Below are positions 1 through 7,957 of a stretch of 40,238 bases of DNA, piece after piece; position 1 is the stretch's first letter, and each line of letters opens with the position of its first letter. This stretch comes from Fidelibacterota bacterium (GTDB taxonomy: Bacteria > Fidelibacterota > Marinisomatia > Marinisomatales > TCS55), in the NCBI GenBank assembly GCA_046861385.1, contig JBHHTW010000016.1, positions 1 to 40,238 on the forward strand, in the 5' to 3' direction. A program made the position numbers and the translations under genes. The notes beneath the pieces are model-generated. The model did no database searches. It worked only from the letters and a program-made list of their open reading frames with translations, and was not told where the DNA came from.

Positions 1-2
1 AG

Positions 3-419
3 ACTAAAGTAATATTTATTTGCACCGGTAATTCATGCCGCTCTCAAATAGCCGAAGGCCTGCTTAGGGCTAAAGCCGGAGACCAATTTGATGTTTACAG
101 CGCCGGGAGCCATCCATCCAGAGTCAATCCGGCAGCTATAAAAGTTATGGATGAATGGGGGATTGATATTTCCGAGCATACTTCCGACCCCATTGATCTT
201 TACTTGGATAAAGGCATTGATGTTGTAATTACTGTTTGCGACCATGCCAATATAGTTTGCCCAACCTTTCCCGGAGATGTGGAACGATTGCATTGGAGTA
301 TTAAAGATCCGTTTTCCGGATGGAATTTCAACGAGGATTCTCTGGATACATTTCGAGAAACTCGAGCGACGATTAATAAACGAATTGATGAATTTTTGAT
401 GAACAGAAAAAATGGATAG
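3..419 (+). CDS. arsC: Arsenate reductase, thioredoxin-coupled LMW-PTP family (5' end truncated by window edge)
   Basis: The frame is open from base 3 (TKVIFICTGNSCRSQIAEG..., CX5R P-loop) and continues into ORF 147..419 with VCDHA...CPTFPG resolving cysteines and HWSIKDP. Confidence 0.9.
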   Translation, partial: TKVIFICTGNSCRSQIAEGLLRAKAGDQFDVYSAGSHPSRVNPAAIKVMDEWGIDISEHTSDPIDLYLDKGIDVVITVCDHANIVCPTFPGDVERLHWSIKDPFSGWNFNEDSLDTFRETRATINKRIDEFLMNRKNG

Positions 420-519
420 TTAGAATTTTTCTGTAAGTACTGATTCAAGCAAACCGATAAACGGGTATTCCCCTTTTTACTTCTTTCAAAAGTGGCGGGC
501 GGGAATCCTTTTTCGAACC

Positions 520-571
520 GTACGACAGACATTCTTGTCTGTCGTAATGCAGACAGGAATGTCTGCACTAC
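520..571. repeat. REP/REPIN-like doublet of two inverted palindromic units
   Basis: Hairpin TACGACAGACA-ttct-TGTCTGTCGTA (521-546) followed by TGCAGACA-ggaa-TGTCTGCA-CTAC (548-571). The second unit reads GTAGTGCAGACATTCCTGTCTGCA on the minus strand and resembles the first, GTACGACAGACATTCTTGTCTGTCG. Confidence 0.7.
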
Positions 572-786
572 ATCTTAAAATTCAACATCGGAGATAAAAT
601 ACCTCCATTTTTGGAGTGGACTCATATATGGATTATCTATAGAAGGTATGAATATAGTTTCAGTTGAATTGATAAAGCGAAATTGGTAAACAATTATTAA
701 AATAAAATTGAGTTTTTAGAAATTGATTTTTCCGTGATTGTCTATTAAAATATTCCTTGTTATATGTTTAAATAAAAGAGGTTGGT

Positions 787-1056
787 ATGAACTATCATGT
801 TCTTAAATCATTTTTATTTATTTTAACGGGAGCCTTATTACTCTCTACTTGTGATGAACCCAATGAGGAAGAAACACAAGAAATGTTCGTAAAGATCTTT
901 GGTGGAGGCGATATTGATTATGGTCGAACTGTTCAACAAACAGATAATGGCGGATATATCATTACTGGTGAGACATCTTCTTTCGGGAATGGTTTTATTG
1001 ATGTATGGTTAATAAAGACTGATTCAGAGGGAAACACAGTTCCATACGATGATTAA
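787..1056 (+). CDS. Small putative lipoprotein with a single beta-propeller-type repeat
   Basis: Hydrophobic signal ending LLLSTC, then one copy of FGGGDIDYGRTVQQTDNGGYIITGETSSFGNGFIDVWLIKTDSEGN. GAGG SD upstream. Confidence 0.7.
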   Translation: MNYHVLKSFLFILTGALLLSTCDEPNEEETQEMFVKIFGGGDIDYGRTVQQTDNGGYIITGETSSFGNGFIDVWLIKTDSEGNTVPYDD

Positions 1057-1105
1057 TAAAAACAAATATAAAATTCATCTACCCCATGAATAGGTAAAAT
1101 TATTT

Positions 1106-4100
1106 ATGAAAAAGGGGTTTCTTTTATTTTTAATTATATCTTTTGTTTTTAGTCAAATCCGTATTACAGAAATTATGTACGATCTTGACGGATCTGATTC
1201 TCCCAATGAATTCGTCGAAATATTCAACCAGTCGGAAACAGACTCAGTTGATTTGACCGGCTGGCAAATAAAAGACCGTTATACGACAGATGCTCTGTTA
1301 GATTCTGGTTTTGGATTACTCATTCCGCCTCAATCCTACGGAATTATCTTTGAAGGTGATTATAATTTCAATTTAGGAATATATGTTGATTCCATTCCGG
1401 ATGGCGTTGTGCTGATTAAAGTGGATGATTCCAGCATTGGCAATGGGCTTTCAACCAGTGATTCGTTATACCTCATTTCAAATGTTGGAGCAGTAGAAGA
1501 TTCTTTGGGTTGGACGGATATTGCACCTGATGGTTTTTCACTGGAAAAAGTTCGAATTGAATTACCGAATAATCCCAATAACTGGCTGCCGAGTATAGAT
1601 TCATTGGGAACCCCCGGAAGAATTAATAGCGTTAATCCATTGACAATCGATGGCCAAATAATGGCTGATTCTTTGAGAATTAATCCCCCAATCATTGAAA
1701 TGAATAGCACTTCAATCATCATTGGATATGTTACCAACCGCGGACGATCAACCATTTCCGGAGAGGTAGAAATACTGGAAGGGAATAATATTCTGGAATC
1801 AATCTATATCAATAATTTGGCTGAACTTGATACTTCTGAATTTTCTACAACGGTCGGTCCTTTTTCATCTGGTGATCATGATTTGTTGGTTCGCTTTGTT
1901 GTGGATAGCGACGAAGACGAACGCAATAATGAATCTTCTGTTATTTTAGGGGTACGGTATCCCGAAGCGTTATTGACAATCAATGAATTTCTGTCATATC
2001 CTTATAGCGGTGAACCTGAATTTGTTGAATTGATATATAGCGGCTTTGAACCGCTTTCATTATCCAATTGGAGCATTGGCGATTTCACCGGGTCTCCTGC
2101 ATTATTAGGAGAGGTTATAATAGAAACTGAAAACTACATCGTTATCAGTGGAGACTCTTCCATGGTTAATGAAATTCCGGATTCCAGTCTTTTCATCACG
2201 CCTCTTTCTGGATTGCCGACGTTGAATAATAACGGAGATGCAATCCGCATTTTTGATCCATACAATACATTGATAGATTCCCTTTATTATTCAAATACTT
2301 GGGGGTACAATAGAGGGCAATCCATGGAAAAGATATTTCCAAATTTTATCTCTTCAGATTCCTCAAGCTGGCTGCCTGCAATTGATACCAGTGGGAATTC
2401 ACCGGGAAGACGAAATTCTGTCATGCCTTGGCCCATTGATGGTGCAATCAATTTTTCAGGATTGATCAGTACACCGGATATTCCTTCAAATACCGACTCC
2501 ATCTATATTCATATTCCGGTGGTGAATCTGGGTCAAAATCCGCTCAATGGTGATATTTATATAGAATATGAAGAAGAAGAGTTGGCTAGTCAATCGATCA
2601 CTTTACCGGCTCCGGGGGATACTGTTTTTTCAATACTAATTATACCTCCACTTCCTTCGGGTGAACATGGGTTATTGGTAGCGCTTGATGTTTTAAATGA
2701 TGGAAATATTCGTAATAACTCAGACACTATTATTGTGAAAATTCGTTATCCTTTCGGTACCATAAAATTGAATGAATTCATGGCAAGACCCAATAACGAC
2801 CAAACAGAGTTTATTGAGGTCGTTTGTTTTGATAACCTGACATTATCTTCATGGTCCATCAGTGATAACAGCAAACAAAATAAATATTTCCATGACCTCT
2901 CACTCGAAAATGGGGATTACATAGTTTTCTCCGCTGATTCAACTTTATATCCCCTTCAAAATGAACAAGCGCATTTTATTGTCCCGAATAACAGCTGGCC
3001 ATCATTAAACAATTCCGGAGATGCTATTTTTGTCTATGACCTGACCGGAAGCATTATTGATTCTTTGCATTATACGAGTCAGTGGCCAGTCTCTGACGAA
3101 GTCTCATCAGAAAAGCTGCGTCCAGAGTTTGATTCATTTACCGAATCAAATTGGGTACTTTCAACGGATACCAGTGGTTCGACTCCAGGTTTTTCCAACT
3201 CCGTTGCTCTATTCGATCTGGATGGAGAAATGGTTGCTGATTCCATCAAGCATAATCCGTTATATCCTAAAAATGATGAATCAATTGTATCGTCCGTTAT
3301 GATTGCTAATGCCGGAGTTACACCCATTGTGGGATCTATTGTACTATCGATTAATGGCGATGAATACGGATCGTCCGACTTCGCTAATATCAAACCGGGA
3401 GATACGCTCATAAAAGCACTCGAATTTGGACCACTGATTTCCGGTTACCATCGTGTAAAATTCAAATTATCCATAGATAAGGATGAAAATTCCACCAATG
3501 ATATTGCCTATGACAGCGTTTGGGTCAGTTATGAATTTGGAGCTGTGGTGTTAAATGAATTTCTCCCTATCCCGGATTCCACCCAAACAGAATTTGTAGA
3601 ATTGGTATCAATGGATAATCTTATCATGAATCGCTGGTGGATCAGTGATAATAGTCTTGATAAAAAAGAAATTTCTTTCGGAGAAGTTGAACCGGAAACT
3701 TACCAGGTTGTTGCTGCAGATTCACTTATAATCGACCATCTTAATGATGGAATCCTTTGGTCCATTCCCAAGAGGGGTTTACCGAATTTGAACAATTCTG
3801 CTGATGGTATTTACTTGTATGATATGACGGGAATAGTAATTGATTCTTTGATTTATTCTAAGTCTTGGGGGATCACCGAATCTCGGTCTCTGGAAAAATA
3901 TCGACCGGAGTTCGTTTCGTCTGATTCTTCCAGATGGGCCGTATCAGTGAGTGAATTTCAAATGACACCCGGTGAAATTAATAGCGTCAACTATTTTGAA
4001 TTACCCAATAGTGGGTCCGCTGTGTTTGAGCCAAATCCTTTTTCTCCAGACGGAGACGGTTTTGACGATCTTCTTTATATCAAATATAAACTTCCTTTCG

Positions 4101-4330
4101 AATACGGATTAATCTCCGTTCAGGTTTTTGATGTAATTGGGCGCACCATCGCAACACTTTACTGGAATACGTACACTGCACAGGAGAATGTATTAACCTG
4201 GGATGGAAGAGACAAAAACGATAAACCGGCTCGTATTGGAATGTATATTATTAAGGTAAAAGCAGCGGATGTTTCCAGCGGCAAAACCTGGGAAGATGTC
4301 CAACGGATTGTTTTAGCAAAAAAGTTATAA
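1106..4330 (+). CDS. Secreted protein with 4 lamin-tail domains alternating with 3 CARDB/Ig-like domains and a C-terminal FlgD/T9SS-like sorting domain
   Basis: Signal peptide. Four repeats begin I(T/N)E(I/F)...EFVE and end (G/S)(T/S)PG..NS, separated by Ig-like segments. C-terminus is PNPFSPDGDG...WDGRD...GMYII. Confidence 0.8.
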   Translation: MKKGFLLFLIISFVFSQIRITEIMYDLDGSDSPNEFVEIFNQSETDSVDLTGWQIKDRYTTDALLDSGFGLLIPPQSYGIIFEGDYNFNLGIYVDSIPDGVVLIKVDDSSIGNGLSTSDSLYLISNVGAVEDSLGWTDIAPDGFSLEKVRIELPNNPNNWLPSIDSLGTPGRINSVNPLTIDGQIMADSLRINPPIIEMNSTSIIIGYVTNRGRSTISGEVEILEGNNILESIYINNLAELDTSEFSTTVGPFSSGDHDLLVRFVVDSDEDERNNESSVILGVRYPEALLTINEFLSYPYSGEPEFVELIYSGFEPLSLSNWSIGDFTGSPALLGEVIIETENYIVISGDSSMVNEIPDSSLFITPLSGLPTLNNNGDAIRIFDPYNTLIDSLYYSNTWGYNRGQSMEKIFPNFISSDSSSWLPAIDTSGNSPGRRNSVMPWPIDGAINFSGLISTPDIPSNTDSIYIHIPVVNLGQNPLNGDIYIEYEEEELASQSITLPAPGDTVFSILIIPPLPSGEHGLLVALDVLNDGNIRNNSDTIIVKIRYPFGTIKLNEFMARPNNDQTEFIEVVCFDNLTLSSWSISDNSKQNKYFHDLSLENGDYIVFSADSTLYPLQNEQAHFIVPNNSWPSLNNSGDAIFVYDLTGSIIDSLHYTSQWPVSDEVSSEKLRPEFDSFTESNWVLSTDTSGSTPGFSNSVALFDLDGEMVADSIKHNPLYPKNDESIVSSVMIANAGVTPIVGSIVLSINGDEYGSSDFANIKPGDTLIKALEFGPLISGYHRVKFKLSIDKDENSTNDIAYDSVWVSYEFGAVVLNEFLPIPDSTQTEFVELVSMDNLIMNRWWISDNSLDKKEISFGEVEPETYQVVAADSLIIDHLNDGILWSIPKRGLPNLNNSADGIYLYDMTGIVIDSLIYSKSWGITESRSLEKYRPEFVSSDSSRWAVSVSEFQMTPGEINSVNYFELPNSGSAVFEPNPFSPDGDGFDDLLYIKYKLPFEYGLISVQVFDVIGRTIATLYWNTYTAQENVLTWDGRDKNDKPARIGMYIIKVKAADVSSGKTWEDVQRIVLAKKL
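4289..4324 (+). repeat. 36-bp direct repeat, copy 1 (3' end of lamin-tail gene)
   Basis: TGGGAAGATGTCCAACGGATTGTTTTAGCAAAAAAG, identical to 5729-5764. Confidence 0.95.
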
Positions 4331-4478
4331 ATCATCGCTTTTATAGGATAACAGTATTACAAGGCGCTTAATTGAAACATTATGAGTGCAGTCTGGAAAT
4401 GGATTCTTTCCCATCCCTTACAGCGCAGCAGATAGAAAAACCAATCGGTTGTTGTGTTTTGGTATGATTCAATTATGT

Positions 4479-4517
4479 TCCATGTAATATCATATATAAT
4501 ATTTGATATTACATGGA
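4479..4517. promoter_or_regulatory. Perfect 14-bp inverted repeat (operator-like) around a TATAAT box upstream of the AAA ATPase
   Basis: TCCATGTAATATCA (4479-4492), an 11-nt spacer containing TATAAT (4495-4500), then TGATATTACATGGA (4504-4517). Confidence 0.6.
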
Positions 4518-5685
4518 GAAAATTATATATTTCTGCATGAAATTCATAAAAAGAACCACTGATTTAAAAGAAATACAGCATTATTTAGAAACATTTCCTG
4601 CAGTGGCTATTTTGGGTGCGAGACAATGTGGAAAAACAACGATCGCTCAAGAATTTGAATTCGATCATTATTTTGATTTAGAAAATCCCGTGGATCTTGG
4701 CCGGTTAGATAACCCAAAATTAGCTTTAGAAAATATAACCGGACTGATTGTCATTGATGAAATACAACTAAAACCCGATTTATTTCCATTGTTACGATAT
4801 TTGATTGATAACCATCCCAAGCAAAAATATCTGATTCTTGGAAGCGCCTCCAGAGACTTAATTCATCAAAGTTCTGAATCTCTTGCAGGCAGAATTGCCA
4901 ATTATGAATTAGGAGGATTCCGTATTCATGATTTTACTATGAATAATAATAGGGCATTATGGATGCGGGGTGGTTACCCAAAATCTGTTTTGGCACATTC
5001 CGAAACGGAAAGTATCGAGTGGCGTGAACAATACATTAAAACTTTTTTAGAAAGGGATATACCTATGTTAGGAATCAGAATTCCTGCTCATACTCTTCGC
5101 AGATTTTGGACCATGATTTCACATTATCACGGTCAATTACTCAACCACGCGGAATTGGGTAGATCCTTTGGAATTTCTGATATGACGGTTCGAAAATATT
5201 TGGATATTTTAGAATCTACGTTTATGATTCGCATTTTGCAGCCATGGCATATAAATATTGGCAAACGGCTTATAAAACAACCTAAAATTTATCTTCGTGA
5301 TTCCGGGATTTTCCACACATTGTCATCTATAGAAAATTATAATCAGTTGCACGCCAACCCAAAATTAGGCGTTTCGTGGGAAGGATTCGCCTTGGAAGCT
5401 GTATGTCGATCTATTGGTAAACAACCCAATTCCGTGTATTTTTGGCGAACAAGCAATGGGGCTGAATTGGATTTGTATTGGCAGGCAAAAGGACAGAATT
5501 GGGGTGTGGAATTCAAATACGCCGATGCACCAAAATTAACCAAGTCTATGAAAATTGCTAATGAAGATTTGAATTTATCACATTTATGGGTCGTGTACCC
5601 CGGGACTGATTGTTATTCTTTAACAAAAAATATATCAGTATTACCTTTTGAGAATGTTTCATCAACTTGGGACTATTCTCATTAA
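4513..5685 (+). CDS. AAA+ superfamily ATPase (AAA_14 + DUF4143 type); alternative start at ATG 4537
   Basis: Walker A GARQCGKTT, Walker B IVIDEIQ, LGSAS, ESLAGR, GGYP, PKIYLRDSG, WEGF, and C-terminal YFWRT..GAELDL...VEFK nuclease-like motif. Confidence 0.9.
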   Translation: MEKIIYFCMKFIKRTTDLKEIQHYLETFPAVAILGARQCGKTTIAQEFEFDHYFDLENPVDLGRLDNPKLALENITGLIVIDEIQLKPDLFPLLRYLIDNHPKQKYLILGSASRDLIHQSSESLAGRIANYELGGFRIHDFTMNNNRALWMRGGYPKSVLAHSETESIEWREQYIKTFLERDIPMLGIRIPAHTLRRFWTMISHYHGQLLNHAELGRSFGISDMTVRKYLDILESTFMIRILQPWHINIGKRLIKQPKIYLRDSGIFHTLSSIENYNQLHANPKLGVSWEGFALEAVCRSIGKQPNSVYFWRTSNGAELDLYWQAKGQNWGVEFKYADAPKLTKSMKIANEDLNLSHLWVVYPGTDCYSLTKNISVLPFENVSSTWDYSH

Positions 5686-5728
5686 TGACTTTAAATCCTT
5701 TATAAGAGATATATCCGGTAAAAATTCG

Positions 5729-5764
5729 TGGGAAGATGTCCAACGGATTGTTTTAGCAAAAAAG
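5729..5764 (+). repeat. 36-bp direct repeat, copy 2 (orphan copy of the lamin-tail gene 3' end, followed by CTG TAA)
   Basis: Identical to 4289-4324. Reads WEDVQRIVLAKKL* in the equivalent frame. Confidence 0.95.
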
Positions 5765-5804
5765 CTGTAAATTTGATCGAATTAATATCAATCATGAGGA
5801 ACGC

Positions 5805-7913
5805 ATGCGCAACATAACGATTATTTTATTTATGGTTTCAAGTATATTTGCTGATACAAAACATCTAATCGCACCGGATGGTACAACTGTTATTATCGAT
5901 CGGGACGATTATGGCGTTCCCCATATAAAAGCAGATAACGAAGCGGCTTTGTTTTTTGGTCAAGGATTTGCTGAAGCTTATGATCGTCTTTATCAAATCG
6001 ATTTAAACCGCCGGGCAGGCTCTGGCCGGTTAAGCGAATGGTTTGGAAGTACGGCATTGGAATTTGATAAAGAAATCAGGAAAAATGGATATACAAAAAC
6101 AGAACTAAACACAATGATTGATAATATATCCGATGGGACATTTACTGCGGTACAAAGCTATGTGAATGGTGTAAATGCTTACGCAGATACGATGAATCTA
6201 TTTCCGGATATCTATAAACCAATACAATATGCCAAAATGGAATTTGACCCATATACCGTTCAAGATCTTGCGGCATTTACAGTATACATGCTTTGGGATT
6301 TCGGTAAATTTGGCGGAAATGAACTCTCACGTTTAAATGAATTACAGAATAACGGTTGGGATTGGTTTAATGAAAATAGACCCATTAATGATCCAGGTTG
6401 TTTCACAACCATACCTGACTCCGGCCATGCTTCTGATCAAGTCTGGCATTATTCAGGTATGACTATTCCGGAAGAGGCTGCATTGGAATATGAAGCAAAA
6501 CAGGTATTCATGGAACAATTTAAAATAAACAATGGATTGATTTACAAATTTGGAAGTTTTGCCACCTTGATTGCTCCCGGTTTTTCCACATCCGGTAATG
6601 CAATATTGCTGGGCTGCCCACAAATGGGCGCGCCAGAATATGATAATCCTACCATTACAATGGAATTGGAATTAGATTGTCCAACCATTCACACAGGCGG
6701 TATGTCCGTGCCCGGTCTTCCATTTATTATATTAGGCCACAATGAAAAGGTCGGATGGACATGGACCAGCGGCATCAGCGATAACGTGGATACGTATATT
6801 GACTCTACGCAAAGCATGAATTATAACGATGGCTATTGGCATAATAATGGCTGGATGAATTTTGAAATGATTGTTGATACCATATATACATTGGGAGGAG
6901 AAGAAATATATACCCATTACCGAACAATTCACGGACCTGTCATCGGCGCTTTCTTACCAAAGAAACAGGTTTATTCCCATAAAATGACATTCAGGATGCA
7001 AGAGCTGGCCATGGCTGAATATATTTATGAGGTTAACAAAGCAAGTGATATTTTTGACTATGAAACCTACTTATCGACGGCACCGATGTCTTTTAATTGT
7101 TTTGTGGTTGACCAGGATCAGAACATTGGTTTTTGGCATTCCGGACGTTTTCAGGACAGAACGGACGGAGTTCACCCCTTATTGCCCCATCAAGGTGATG
7201 GGTCGGAAGAATGGGGCGGTTTTATTCCATTTGAAAATCTTCCGCAGATGATTAATCCTGATTGGGGATATTTTACAAATTGGAATAATAAACCAGCGCC
7301 TTGGTGGAATAACGGCGATTCTGGCCCTTGGTTTTCGGGCACCAGTACATGCGAACGCGTACAATATATTACGAATTATGTTTCATCATTTTCTACCATG
7401 ACATTAGAAGAAGTCAAAGCAGTGCCGAAGAATATTAATTCACATGGAACCTATCAAGGCGCTTATGAATTCACAGGTGCGGATATTATAGACTACAATA
7501 TTAATCCTCCCGGACAAAGCGACTTGGTTCACTTGGATGGTACACCCAGCCCGCATAAAAATGACCAATGGGCTCTCCATGTAAATTATGAATTTAAAGA
7601 TATGATTTTTGGGGAAGAAATTGTTGGAACAAATCCAGAGAATTTGCCAAATAAATTTAAATTATATGCACCCTATCCAAATCCGTTTAATCCAACCACA
7701 ACCATTCGGTTTTCAGTAGAGACATGGCATGCCGTGTCTCTACAAATATTCGATATCACCGGTCGACTGGTGGAAACATTGGTTAATAAAAATTTAAAGC
7801 CGGGTGAACATGAGATTCGGTGGAATGCTGAAGGATTAGCCAGTGGTGTTTATTTTATCAGAATAGAAAGCGGTAATTTTCAGGAAACCCAAAAGCTCAT
7901 TATGCTGAAATAA
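5805..7913 (+). CDS. Penicillin acylase family Ntn-hydrolase with C-terminal T9SS/FlgD-like sorting domain
   Basis: Signal peptide, RDDYGVPHI, FGQGFAEAYDRLYQ, putative beta-chain start G|SFATLI...LLGCPQ, GHNEKVGW, TIHGPV, NWNNKP and PPGQS. CTD is YPNPFNPTTTI...SGVYFIRI...QKLIMLK. Confidence 0.85.
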   Translation: MRNITIILFMVSSIFADTKHLIAPDGTTVIIDRDDYGVPHIKADNEAALFFGQGFAEAYDRLYQIDLNRRAGSGRLSEWFGSTALEFDKEIRKNGYTKTELNTMIDNISDGTFTAVQSYVNGVNAYADTMNLFPDIYKPIQYAKMEFDPYTVQDLAAFTVYMLWDFGKFGGNELSRLNELQNNGWDWFNENRPINDPGCFTTIPDSGHASDQVWHYSGMTIPEEAALEYEAKQVFMEQFKINNGLIYKFGSFATLIAPGFSTSGNAILLGCPQMGAPEYDNPTITMELELDCPTIHTGGMSVPGLPFIILGHNEKVGWTWTSGISDNVDTYIDSTQSMNYNDGYWHNNGWMNFEMIVDTIYTLGGEEIYTHYRTIHGPVIGAFLPKKQVYSHKMTFRMQELAMAEYIYEVNKASDIFDYETYLSTAPMSFNCFVVDQDQNIGFWHSGRFQDRTDGVHPLLPHQGDGSEEWGGFIPFENLPQMINPDWGYFTNWNNKPAPWWNNGDSGPWFSGTSTCERVQYITNYVSSFSTMTLEEVKAVPKNINSHGTYQGAYEFTGADIIDYNINPPGQSDLVHLDGTPSPHKNDQWALHVNYEFKDMIFGEEIVGTNPENLPNKFKLYAPYPNPFNPTTTIRFSVETWHAVSLQIFDITGRLVETLVNKNLKPGEHEIRWNAEGLASGVYFIRIESGNFQETQKLIMLK
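7716..7743. repeat. GTAG-type REP-like palindrome lying in frame within the CDS
   Basis: GTAGAGACATGGCA|TGCCGTGTCTCTAC, a 28-bp palindrome with one G-T mismatch. Encodes VETWHAVSL. Confidence 0.75.
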
Positions 7914-7914
7914 A

Positions 7915-7938
7915 AAAGGGGCAAAACATTGCCCCTTT
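7915..7938. terminator. Bidirectional intrinsic terminator between convergent genes
   Basis: AAAGGGGCAA-aaca-TTGCCCCTTT hairpin between the stops at 7913 and 7958. Confidence 0.75.
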
Positions 7939-7957
7939 CCACCTTTATTTAAAAGGA

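Larger units (their letters stand above)
4289..5764. mobile_element. Putative 1,440-bp integrated single-gene cassette bounded by direct repeats
   Basis: The two 36-bp repeats lie exactly 1,440 bp apart and enclose only the AAA/DUF4143 gene and its upstream region. No recombinase gene is present. Confidence 0.6.

Noticed and set aside
200-568. 122-aa minus-strand ORF and other antisense ORFs (e.g. 1360..1755, 25203..25784, 29030..29506, 35937..36260, 38232..38639)
   Set aside because: These are shadows of well-supported genes on the opposite strand, with no family motifs.
609-624. TTTTGGAGTGGACTCA, reminiscent of an IS/MITE terminal repeat
   Set aside because: No matching inverted partner or transposase was found in the window, and a single end cannot be supported.
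4331-4478. Possible gene remnant inside the cassette upstream of the AAA gene
   Set aside because: Only short frames with no recognisable motif.
4289-5764. The 36-bp repeats as a CRISPR array
   Set aside because: There are only two copies, 1,440 bp apart and coding-derived, with no cas genes.
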